From Candidatus Bathyarchaeia archaeon (lineage in GTDB: Archaea > Thermoproteota > Bathyarchaeia > Bathyarchaeales > Bathycorpusculaceae), in assembly GCA_038727135.1 (NCBI GenBank), contig JAVYWL010000003.1, positions 1-64,000 on the forward strand: 64,000 nucleotides of DNA, read 5' to 3'. The notes under the pieces are model-generated. The model did no database searches. It was not told the origin of the DNA and saw only the letters and a program-made list of their open reading frames with translations. How positions within the stretch are numbered: the stretch's first letter is position 1; each line of letters starts with the position of its first letter. A program made the position numbers and the translations under genes. Positions 11,001 to 18,400 of this stretch are shown here, piece after piece.

Positions 11001-11436
11001 AAGCGACATGAAAAGCGCCGACGTATGCATAGAGATTCAAATTCCATTAGAAAATGGCTGGCAAACAATAAATGTGCATCATCCAAGAGATTACTGGTCC
11101 ACAGCAGCCATAAACCTAACAACATACATACCAAACGATAAAGACTTCCTCATAAGGCTTCTATGGACATCGCCACACAGACTTGACTATGTAGGATTAG
11201 ACACAACACCCCAACAAAATTACACAATACGAAAAGGAAAACCATTATTAGCCATCCACTCAACGGAAGGAAACATACTGCAAAAAATAATTCAAAGCGA
11301 CGACAAATACGCCGAACTAACACCAGGACAAAGCATTCTAATAATCTTCACCATACCAAATCCTAAGCCTGGAAAAATAACAGACTTCATATTTTACACA
11401 GAAGGACACTACCACAGCATCAAAACACCACCTTAA
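8023..11436 (+). CDS. large secreted multidomain protein (paralogous N-domain, jelly-roll, PPC-like domain, C-terminal GGGCPFLYVWDG domain)
   Basis: Signal peptide; NTHGEILPIP/WVHTGGYPFYY; NDANSMTDAGDTF...DEDWYSF PPC-like segment; ATGA overlap with upstream gene. Confidence 0.8.
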   Translation: MRRVKTVILLSVILASLLFTINHIPTIWAEQGSAKVYIICLSDVPHHNYGEGFSHEPKVRVKEGAVDAIKFKESYSLPQVHPLQGKSPPYYRIEYQVVSDWSTYRTVIEYWSKAIVINTHGEILPIPSGYDPMAWVGKIAEACLTRRLTWVHTGGYPFYYIWQQGATAPQTWPSDGTYGFKNFTKHINLPNVTCWPPDPQEYKIYLDNHAKETLERGWKVESAIFAERGRPLKASDFKNYTILCIWGTEDAYMTGAVIAFVKPSERALPKDRRGFGAYVHIGTRKTFNPDGGETDGDYVRGYIGAAAALWTETEAFESITYYEEYTDPWYGSYFYTLSGFTVTPVITYYSYLEGYCHINIDFGIYGFLKSNTSDWIDKVSFDLIPPSDCFVMMWTNRSKNGYREDKPTISVDWIEVSKVGISTLLFFLSPDPGSKLGLAAEAISGVMLFSDWLKMLPTVKDSEKGIDKWDQEVSFKYDPVEYYYTDDSPYYHHYNEFESIIHIECRVNMANRRQWSIVPIDFFVGIISNGAYRAWKWSRIYIAIFNSYEREDYVASIFFDDLKNLGDWSLGDSNSAAGYDYWGWWDKQDTLHCAGVGTNSIKGEVPNLEVDIFPYYDKCMNAYLTRSIDLRPYKNAWLRCDLTYLFVMDGDYVAIEAYYNNVWNNLATYSGMAGPGIHPIEFPIPTSTTLIRFRFFSNDDDNIGWGAFLDYVEIRAELPNDANSMTDAGDTFSSATYIGQGIFAGYLNFDEDWYSFTVTGNDIGKYIYFTLSSPSNARFAAELYDPNNQRKAGPSEEIVYRLSTADPLGNWRIRIYPIMGFGQYSFEIKITTTPPTSGGGCPFLYVWDGGCYVIENNILPASEQSNGSDAEDYYLLQRKPVPIYQGLEMSLYSFLIAEFEKEHSYIDQLMLIAVDHDPEVNIALTEEGEIVTYKSPTPPLSCIDNHGESRLSEVSQMDGDVSDPSTFFYGERGDWLILNFGKVNASTANLIIRSDMKSADVCIEIQIPLENGWQTINVHHPRDYWSTAAINLTTYIPNDKDFLIRLLWTSPHRLDYVGLDTTPQQNYTIRKGKPLLAIHSTEGNILQKIIQSDDKYAELTPGQSILIIFTIPNPKPGKITDFIFYTEGHYHSIKTPP
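8863..8909 (+). repeat. 47-nt perfect direct repeat, copy 2
   Basis: Identical to 7610-7656. Confidence 0.95.
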
Positions 11437-11458
11437 AATATTTGATTATCGGCTAAAT

Positions 11459-11477
11459 TTCTGTTAGTCGCTGTTAA
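11459..11477 (+). repeat. 19-bp boundary motif copy 2 (TTCTGTTAGTCGCTGTTAA)
   Basis: 17/19 identical to copy 1. Confidence 0.6.
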
Positions 11478-11590
11478 TATGAATGAATAATTTTGGTATA
11501 ATACGGTTGAGATTTCCAACGGCTAAACGCAAACATTTGAATAGCTAATCTCGTCGGTTTTTGATTCTGAGTCTTTGATATCTTTTTTCT

Positions 11591-12094
11591 TTGTTTGATT
11601 TTGACAAATTTTGTTCGGGTTTAAGTTTGGTTAAGTTCGGCAGTGTTTTAAAGTGCTTCGTTTTGTCTTTACTGGTTTTTCTGTTTTTCGTTTTAATGTC
11701 TGGTTTAGATTTTGTTGTGCATAGGGTTTTATATGGCTATGGTTTGATGTTTGATTATGATTGGGCTGTTTTTTATTGGAGTATCTATGCGAGTGTGTTC
11801 TTTGCTTTTGGAGTGATTGTGGGTTTTGTTTATTGGTTGGGTTCTAATAGGAGCTTTGTGGATGTTAAAGTGAGTTTTGGTTTGTTTTTGACCGTGTGTC
11901 TTTTATTCTTGGGTGGTTTGGCTGATGTTCTCTGGTTTGCTATTTGGGGCGGCGGTCTGCCTGGCGACGATGTTGTTTGGTGGTGGACGCTTTGGTATAG
12001 ATTTTTAGGTTTTTGGAATAGTTTTGCGCAGTTAGCTTTATTGTTTGGGGTTTTTGTGGTTGTAGTTTTGTTTTGGTTTTCTGTTTTGAGGTAG
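11591..12094 (+). CDS. multi-pass membrane protein of unknown function
   Basis: About 4 hydrophobic segments; DFVVHRVLYGYGLMFDYDW motif. Confidence 0.65.
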   Translation: MFDFDKFCSGLSLVKFGSVLKCFVLSLLVFLFFVLMSGLDFVVHRVLYGYGLMFDYDWAVFYWSIYASVFFAFGVIVGFVYWLGSNRSFVDVKVSFGLFLTVCLLFLGGLADVLWFAIWGGGLPGDDVVWWWTLWYRFLGFWNSFAQLALLFGVFVVVVLFWFSVLR

Positions 12095-12095
12095 A

Positions 12096-12740
12096 ATGTT
12101 GATTTTGGGTTTTTATTTTTGTTTCATAATGTTTTTGTTGTTCGGGTTCGTGTGCTATGGTTGGGTTTGGAGTTTGACTTGGAAGGAACTGTTGGATAAT
12201 GGTTGGTTTGTTAGGGTTGTTCTTGTTTTGTGGCTGGTTAGCGCTGTTTTTGTTGTATTTTTGCTGGGGCGCCTGGATTGGGTTGTTCATCATGAACTTT
12301 ACGATTTTGGTTTGCAGTTTAGCCTTGAATGGGCTTTGGGTTATTGGGCTACCGTAAGGATGATTTATGTCTTTTTGGCTACGCCTATTTTTCTAAGCGC
12401 CACTTATTTTGTTCTGGAGGTCTGGCGATTTGTTAAGGGAGGGCATGACCGTGTAATGTTGGCTAAGGCTCCAAGCCCCGCGGAGCCCGTGAAGGCTCAG
12501 CAAAAAGCGACAGTTGCGGAGCAGAACCACATGTTGATTAGTTGTCCTAAGTGCAAGCGAGTTTTTAGTAAACCTTTAGTGATGTTAGATTTTAGCGGGG
12601 GAAAGACAAAACTTGTGAACGTTTGCCCCTACTGTAATAATGTATTAGGCTGTGCTGAGGAAGAAGATGCTGACAAGAAAGAAGAGAAAAATAGTTTTGG
12701 GTTTATGGGTTTTGAAGGAAGGAAGGTGGAGCGGAAATAG
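12096..12740 (+). CDS. membrane protein with C-terminal zinc ribbon
   Basis: TM segments, DWVVHHELYDFGLQFSLEW motif, CPKC...CPYC; true start may be downstream. Confidence 0.7.
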   Translation: MLILGFYFCFIMFLLFGFVCYGWVWSLTWKELLDNGWFVRVVLVLWLVSAVFVVFLLGRLDWVVHHELYDFGLQFSLEWALGYWATVRMIYVFLATPIFLSATYFVLEVWRFVKGGHDRVMLAKAPSPAEPVKAQQKATVAEQNHMLISCPKCKRVFSKPLVMLDFSGGKTKLVNVCPYCNNVLGCAEEEDADKKEEKNSFGFMGFEGRKVERK

Positions 12741-12742
12741 GC

Positions 12743-13048
12743 TTACGACGGTTGCACGATCGCCCACAGAGTTACATACAATAAGGCTATTAGGCCAACT
12801 GTTATGAGGGTTGCTGCGGTGGGACAGTAGAGGGTTGCCTTGGCTGTTATCCACCATTGCAGGGAGCCTTCTGTAGCCCATCTTTGTTGCAGGGTCAAGT
12901 TTGGGTTTTGAAGGGTTTGTTGGTGGGCTTGGATTATACCGTCTATGTAAAACCATAGGGCTACGCCTATTGTAAGGAGAACCGCTCCTACAAGAAAGAT
13001 GACGGTGATTTTCCTGTTTTGCAGGAGGATAATTTTGGGATTTGACAT
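12743..13048 (-). CDS. small two-TM membrane protein
   Basis: Two hydrophobic helices flanking a Gln-rich loop. Confidence 0.6.
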   Translation of the reverse strand: MSNPKIILLQNRKITVIFLVGAVLLTIGVALWFYIDGIIQAHQQTLQNPNLTLQQRWATEGSLQWWITAKATLYCPTAATLITVGLIALLYVTLWAIVQPS

Positions 13049-13160
13049 TTTTCAGTCATGCCTATTTTATGTTGCAACATTTGAGATATTATTCCGTGTT
13101 AGATTAATACTTTTGTTTTGTTGCGTTTAAAAATTTAAGCGCTCAGCTAAAAGTCCTTTA

Positions 13161-13204
13161 CTTTTGTGTTGTTGTTAGAACCGAATTTTCCAACAAACAA
13201 CATT
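13161..13204. repeat. imperfect hairpin repeat left of VapBC
   Basis: CTTTTGTGTTGTTGTTAGAA...TTCCAACAAACAACATT; related copy at 14059-14105. Confidence 0.6.
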
Positions 13205-13251
13205 CAGACTAAAACCTTCAGAATACATATTATTTCATTAAAACTGCAATT

Positions 13252-13309
13252 TCCCACTTTGCATTGTGTGGGAATATTTAAATATGTGGGAATTATATAT
13301 TTGGTGGGA
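13252..13309. promoter_or_regulatory. putative antitoxin operator: GTGGGA x3 at 18-bp period plus one inverted copy
   Basis: GTGGGA at 13268, 13286, 13304; TCCCAC at 13252; TTTAAATA between the boxes. Confidence 0.55.
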
Positions 13310-13317
13310 TAAAGATT

Positions 13318-13569
13318 ATGGAAACCGTAAAGGTGGATGAGAAAGGCAGGATTATCATTCCTAAAAGCGTGAGGGAAAAGGCTGGAGTGAAGGAGGGAGG
13401 CTATGTTAAAATAAGGGCGGACGAGAAGGGCATCATAATAGAGCCTCTTGAGCCTGTAGCCGACAAATACTTTGGCGCCTTCAAGATAGCGAAATGGCCG
13501 GAAGACCTTGACGAATTTGTAACAGAGGTTATGAGGAAATGGTGGACCCGGACCCGGAGGGCTACGTAG
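13318..13569 (+). CDS. vapB: AbrB/MazE-type antitoxin (VapB)
   Basis: KVDEKGRIIIPKSVRE motif; upstream of and overlapping a PIN gene. Confidence 0.9.
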   Translation: METVKVDEKGRIIIPKSVREKAGVKEGGYVKIRADEKGIIIEPLEPVADKYFGAFKIAKWPEDLDEFVTEVMRKWWTRTRRAT

Positions 13570-13970
13570 ACGTAAACATTTTCGTTTATTGGCTTGGCAA
13601 CCATCCCACGCTGGGCAGAAAGTCATATGAATGGATAAGGAAAATTGAAGGGGCTTCGCGAGGGAAATATGTAACATCAGCTTTGACGTTATATCAAATA
13701 ATGGTAATAATAGCTGGCTTAACGGGGAAAAACCTGAAGGATCAAGATTTAGTCGAAGAGGTGGTAAACTCGATAGAAAGCCTATCCGGTTTGAGAATAA
13801 CGCCTCTAACAATGGAAGATGTAACGGAGGCAGCTAAACTGATGAAAGAATACAGCCTAGACTATGAGGACGCGATACATTTGGCCTCTGCATTAAGGAG
13901 TAAGGCGAAAGAAATAATATCAAACGACGAGGACTTCGACAGAACTCCATTAAAAAGGAGATTCAGCTAA
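13539..13970 (+). CDS. vapC: PIN-domain toxin (VapC)
   Basis: YVDVNIF, DYEDAIHLA, SNDEDFD. Confidence 0.9.
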   Translation: MVDPDPEGYVDVNIFVYWLGNHPTLGRKSYEWIRKIEGASRGKYVTSALTLYQIMVIIAGLTGKNLKDQDLVEEVVNSIESLSGLRITPLTMEDVTEAAKLMKEYSLDYEDAIHLASALRSKAKEIISNDEDFDRTPLKRRFS

Positions 13971-14058
13971 AAACAATTCAGAGTCTACCTTTCTTGCCAC
14001 CTCCCACCTTCATCCAGACAAGCGGAAACCAACGTGTTAAAGAAACTGACGTATTCTG

Positions 14059-14105
14059 CTTTTGGGTTGTTGTGGCGTAAAAATTTTCAACAATAACATT
14101 TGAAG
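14059..14105. repeat. imperfect hairpin repeat right of VapBC
   Basis: CTTTTGGGTTGTTGT...AATTTTCAACAATAACATTTGAAG. Confidence 0.6.
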
Positions 14106-14133
14106 CTAGTAAATGCACGAAGAAACCTCTTTG

Positions 14134-17100
14134 TCATTCTTTAATTGTTTCTTGTTCTGAGGATGATGGTTTTGGCTTTAATTTTTTCTTTATTCGTTCT
14201 AGGATGGCTTTTTTCTTTGCCCAGTCGTAGATTAGGTAGGTGGTGCAGGCGATTAGAGTGGTGGCTGATATTATTGAGCCTATGTAGAACCATTTTTGTG
14301 GTTCGTATTCTATTGTGATTTCTAAGAGGCCTGTCTGGTCTATCCAAAAACCATTTATAATTCCATAAAGGGGGATGCTTCTGATTTTTTTATCATTAAC
14401 ATAGCACATCCATAAGGGATCGTAAGGTTCGGCAAAAGAAAGCATAAAAGGCTCAGTTACATTTATGTAGACCTTCCAGAGAGTTGGATTAATTCTTGAG
14501 TAAGTATCTATAATGCTATCTTTGATTATTATTGTGGAAAGCTGGCTGATTTCTGATAAATCATTGATAACGGTTACTTTCTTTAGGATACTATTTTGAC
14601 TGTCATAATATTTGTGTGTGGGTACAAGCAAGATCTCGTCAATATACCCAGATCCGGAACTGCTTTCTATCTTTATCAAATTAGCGCCTTTTTTCAGCCA
14701 TACCGTATATCTGAACCATTGCAGTATGTTGGAGGTATAGTTTACTTTGATATCACTTGTTTCATTTAAATTGAGTTTAAAGTTCCCTTTGCCTCTAATT
14801 ATTAGCTCATATGAACCCTCTTTGGGGATATTAACTTGGGACGAAAAAGTGTTCGGAGACTCGTCCAGCTTTTGAATTTTAATCTCTTTGAGAATATAAA
14901 ATGAATCCACGTTGTAACTGTGCCTCCAAAATTGCAGTTGAATTAATGTGGGATTTTCAACGTAAAAAATGCCTTCCTCGTAGACGTTTGTGAGGTTAAA
15001 AGGTCTCAGTTCGTTAGGGACGAACCCAAATGGAATGTAGCTTTTGCCCCCTTCCAAAATTTTTAGATGAGGCAAAATGGCGTTTTCTGCTGTTAAGCAT
15101 GCGGAAATTTTGTACCAACCGGCCTCGGTGATGTTTATTGCCATTAAATTGTTGAAAAGCCAGCGTTTTTCTAAGCTTGCGTTATCTTTGAACGAGAAAC
15201 TTTTTTCGCTCTCCATTAGAGTATATCTAACTTTGTTTAGAGGCTTCGATGGGACTAGGGTATATATAATGTCGTCGTTTATTGGTTTATTTGCCTCGTA
15301 GAAAGTCAAATTTCTATTCTTGATAGCTTCTTCAAGTATTAGTCTCCTGTAAGAGTCTGAACCTGCAAGGGCGAATGTTCCAAAAGCCCACTCTTTATGC
15401 GGGTCAACCGACGGAGTGTATAATTGTATTCGTACCGCGTTGTTACCGCCTATTTCCAGGGTTATAAGTCTTTCAATATCTTCTTGATCCACCATTAGAT
15501 TGTTATTTCCATGTAAAAGTAACGCAAGCTCCGAATTCCCAATATTGTTAACATCTATTGGAATCACGTAATCGCAATTAATAAGCCAGCTTAATGGTTT
15601 AGATGTGAGAAGAATCACTCCCTCTAGTGACTTAAACGGTGCTTGTTGCGGTGTGGACAGTTCAACGAATAAATGCATTGGCAATGTTGTGACATTTTTA
15701 TTTCGCAATACATTACATATTAATTGTTCGTACTCGTCATAACGGTCAAGTTTCTGGTTAAAAAGATATCCGTGTATATTAAGCAAACTGGTAATTTTTT
15801 TCAAGGGAGTTTCTTGGTCAGATAGAATCAGCAAGTTTATCTCATCTATTAAGGGCTTATGATTAGTATATGGTAATCCTTTTATCACCAAATATTCAAA
15901 GCTTGGTCTCCAATAAAATGTTTCATTATCCAAGATGATATGTCTTCCTCCAATCTCTGGAAAGAGAACGAATTTCCCGTCCTCCTCATTTTTGTAAGCG
16001 AACAAGTTTAAGGATGACTCGTCTATAGGTTGAAGATATTCAAAACATCCTGAGTAAAATGAATGATTTATCAGCGAAACCATTATAATTATAGATAGAA
16101 AAAGAGAGATAAATGATGTTATCCTAATTTTTTTCCTTCGAATCCTCTCTGTTGCTACGTAAATAACTGCCGGCAACGATAAGGCATAGAAAAAAAGCAG
16201 ATAAAACTCCCATCTGTAAGGAGTTCTGAACATCCAAGCAATGTTTTGCGGTAAATAGGAAAATAGGAAATAGTTCAATCTGATTCCTATGAGGAAAAGA
16301 AATAAAAGCATAGAAGATAATATAAAAAGCATCCCTTTATTTCTTAGAATAATCAGACCTAAAAGAGATAAAATCACAATTATTATTTCAAGCACCCGGA
16401 AACAGTTCACTGAAACTCCATAAAGGGGTTTTAATGGATTATATTGCCACCAATGTTCTTCGAAAGTAATAAAGTTTAAAAAACTACATTTTGAGGAAAG
16501 TAAATCATAGTTTTCTTTGCTTAACGTGTATTGAACATGTCCAACATTCGCAAGCGATAAGATGGGCATAGAAATTAGGAGGAAAACTAGAAAACTCGCT
16601 GCCAGTTTGGCTAACTTGACTAACTTAACTTTAGCGCAAGATAGTTCACGCCTAAAAATAAACACAAACACGATCAAAAGTAGAAAAGGAAGAGCTTGAT
16701 AAACAATGTATCTGAAGTCAAAGCTAAAAGACAACGCTAGCACAACACCATATAAGACCACCAATCTGAATTCGCCATTTGAAAACAAATAGACGAGCGG
16801 AATCAATAAAAAGAGTGGAATGAAAATTGCACCAGCGAATAGTCCAAGATAATTTGCATACACTCTTGAAAACACCCAAATAAACGACCCGAGGGATGAC
16901 ATTAAAGTAAGGGTTTTCAGATTACTTATACCTAACCACTTTCTATAACAGTAGGAAAGGGTTATCGCCATAAGAATGAAGCCAAGCATAGATGTTAGAA
17001 AGTAAAATAAGGCATAAGAATGAAGCAATCCGAAAAGTACGTTTGAAATTATTCTTCTGTTCATGTCGAAATTGGAAGACGACGTGTACTCATTCCAAGT

Positions 17101-17253
17101 ATAGAAGATTGTTTTATAATAATCGCGTGACCAAACAAAGTCCCTGTAAAAATATATAGACGTAGGATTCTCTTCAATCATCATTTTCCAGGTTAGGATG
17201 AAAGCAATAAGAACCCCTAGGACTAAATAAACGTGAAACTCCTTTAATTTCAT
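14134..17253 (-). CDS. large polytopic membrane protein, GT-C-like glycosyltransferase with extracellular domain
   Basis: More than 10 TM segments, FRTPYRW motif, long extracellular region, C-terminal NGFW...EYEPQ + TM; lies in GT cluster. Confidence 0.65.
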   Translation of the reverse strand: MKLKEFHVYLVLGVLIAFILTWKMMIEENPTSIYFYRDFVWSRDYYKTIFYTWNEYTSSSNFDMNRRIISNVLFGLLHSYALFYFLTSMLGFILMAITLSYCYRKWLGISNLKTLTLMSSLGSFIWVFSRVYANYLGLFAGAIFIPLFLLIPLVYLFSNGEFRLVVLYGVVLALSFSFDFRYIVYQALPFLLLIVFVFIFRRELSCAKVKLVKLAKLAASFLVFLLISMPILSLANVGHVQYTLSKENYDLLSSKCSFLNFITFEEHWWQYNPLKPLYGVSVNCFRVLEIIIVILSLLGLIILRNKGMLFILSSMLLFLFLIGIRLNYFLFSYLPQNIAWMFRTPYRWEFYLLFFYALSLPAVIYVATERIRRKKIRITSFISLFLSIIIMVSLINHSFYSGCFEYLQPIDESSLNLFAYKNEEDGKFVLFPEIGGRHIILDNETFYWRPSFEYLVIKGLPYTNHKPLIDEINLLILSDQETPLKKITSLLNIHGYLFNQKLDRYDEYEQLICNVLRNKNVTTLPMHLFVELSTPQQAPFKSLEGVILLTSKPLSWLINCDYVIPIDVNNIGNSELALLLHGNNNLMVDQEDIERLITLEIGGNNAVRIQLYTPSVDPHKEWAFGTFALAGSDSYRRLILEEAIKNRNLTFYEANKPINDDIIYTLVPSKPLNKVRYTLMESEKSFSFKDNASLEKRWLFNNLMAINITEAGWYKISACLTAENAILPHLKILEGGKSYIPFGFVPNELRPFNLTNVYEEGIFYVENPTLIQLQFWRHSYNVDSFYILKEIKIQKLDESPNTFSSQVNIPKEGSYELIIRGKGNFKLNLNETSDIKVNYTSNILQWFRYTVWLKKGANLIKIESSSGSGYIDEILLVPTHKYYDSQNSILKKVTVINDLSEISQLSTIIIKDSIIDTYSRINPTLWKVYINVTEPFMLSFAEPYDPLWMCYVNDKKIRSIPLYGIINGFWIDQTGLLEITIEYEPQKWFYIGSIISATTLIACTTYLIYDWAKKKAILERIKKKLKPKPSSSEQETIKE

Positions 17254-18399
17254 TTATGTCACCAATGTAAAGATCTCCTTAATTTCATTAATGAAAATCT
17301 CTTCTAATGTGGTTTCTGGATGATAATAGGTCAACGTAACCAAACCTTCCTCAATCTCTTTTAGTTTCTGCATCGCAGTATTTGCGAGCTCATGGAAACT
17401 GCCAATTTCAACAAAAGTTACACCGTTCTTCCATTTCTCTAGCAAAGATGGCAGAGCATATGCAACAACGTGCAACCCAAAAACTTTAGCTTCCAGAATA
17501 ACATAAGGAAAGCTATCAGCATACGATGGATATAATAATATCTTTGATCTGCTCATTAAATCATATTTTTCGGCGTCAGACACGCCCCCTTTAAAAGTAA
17601 CTAAGACTTTATCTAATCTAAACTTCATTCTCTCGATTTCTTTTTTAATTCTTCCGAACTCTGGACCTCTTCCAATTATCACCACAGATACTTTTCTATG
17701 AGCCACTTTGTTGATGTAATCCAAAATTTTATCTAGATCGTAAACACCTTTTTCTCTCACAAATCTGGCTATATAAAGAAAATCAATATCCCTTTCATGC
17801 AAGCCTCTTTTCCTTACTCTATTAATGCTTTCAATTTCATTTAGCAGGAAGCTGTTGGTTGTAAGAAAATAATTTTTACTTAACCCAAAGAACTTAATAT
17901 CTAAATTGCTTAAAATAAAAATTTTATCAGCAAAATTTTTTGCAAAAGTTATTCCAATTTTTTCGTTGAATATCATTAAATCATCGGTAAATCTCCTTTT
18001 ATAAGCTGGAAAAGATCTATAAAAAGAGATAGGAAGTTGCTCATATACGATGAGTAGTATCCTTTTATTAAGTAGTATGCGTAAAATAGCTTTTAGTAAA
18101 CTTCCCAACAGCAAGTCATTTCCAAAGTGGGTAAATGGTATAATCACTAGATAGGAGCTATTTTTAGATTTTCTAAGGGTCTTTAAAAAAAAGTAAATAC
18201 TGATAAGCGGGTATAGAGTCAAGTTAAGTAGAATATATAAATACACGTTGTTGCCCGTTTGCAAAGATTTCTTTTTTAAAGTTAAGCAATAGCAATTATA
18301 GCCTTTCGCTTTCAAGAATTCCGCAAATTTTGTCAATCTGATCTCGCCTCCACTTTTTGTGAATTCATTATCCAAAAACGTTGAGAAGAAAACAAACAA
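17254..18399 (-). CDS. GT4 glycosyltransferase
   Basis: SGGE, YIARFVREKG, PSYADSFPYVILEA. Confidence 0.85.
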   Translation of the reverse strand: MFVFFSTFLDNEFTKSGGEIRLTKFAEFLKAKGYNCYCLTLKKKSLQTGNNVYLYILLNLTLYPLISIYFFLKTLRKSKNSSYLVIIPFTHFGNDLLLGSLLKAILRILLNKRILLIVYEQLPISFYRSFPAYKRRFTDDLMIFNEKIGITFAKNFADKIFILSNLDIKFFGLSKNYFLTTNSFLLNEIESINRVRKRGLHERDIDFLYIARFVREKGVYDLDKILDYINKVAHRKVSVVIIGRGPEFGRIKKEIERMKFRLDKVLVTFKGGVSDAEKYDLMSRSKILLYPSYADSFPYVILEAKVFGLHVVAYALPSLLEKWKNGVTFVEIGSFHELANTAMQKLKEIEEGLVTLTYYHPETTLEEIFINEIKEIFTLVT

Positions 18400-18400
18400 T

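Noticed and set aside
11459-14105. CRISPR array from the AACATTTGAA-ending repeats
   Set aside because: Copies are degenerate, irregularly spaced and separated by genes; no cas genes in the window.
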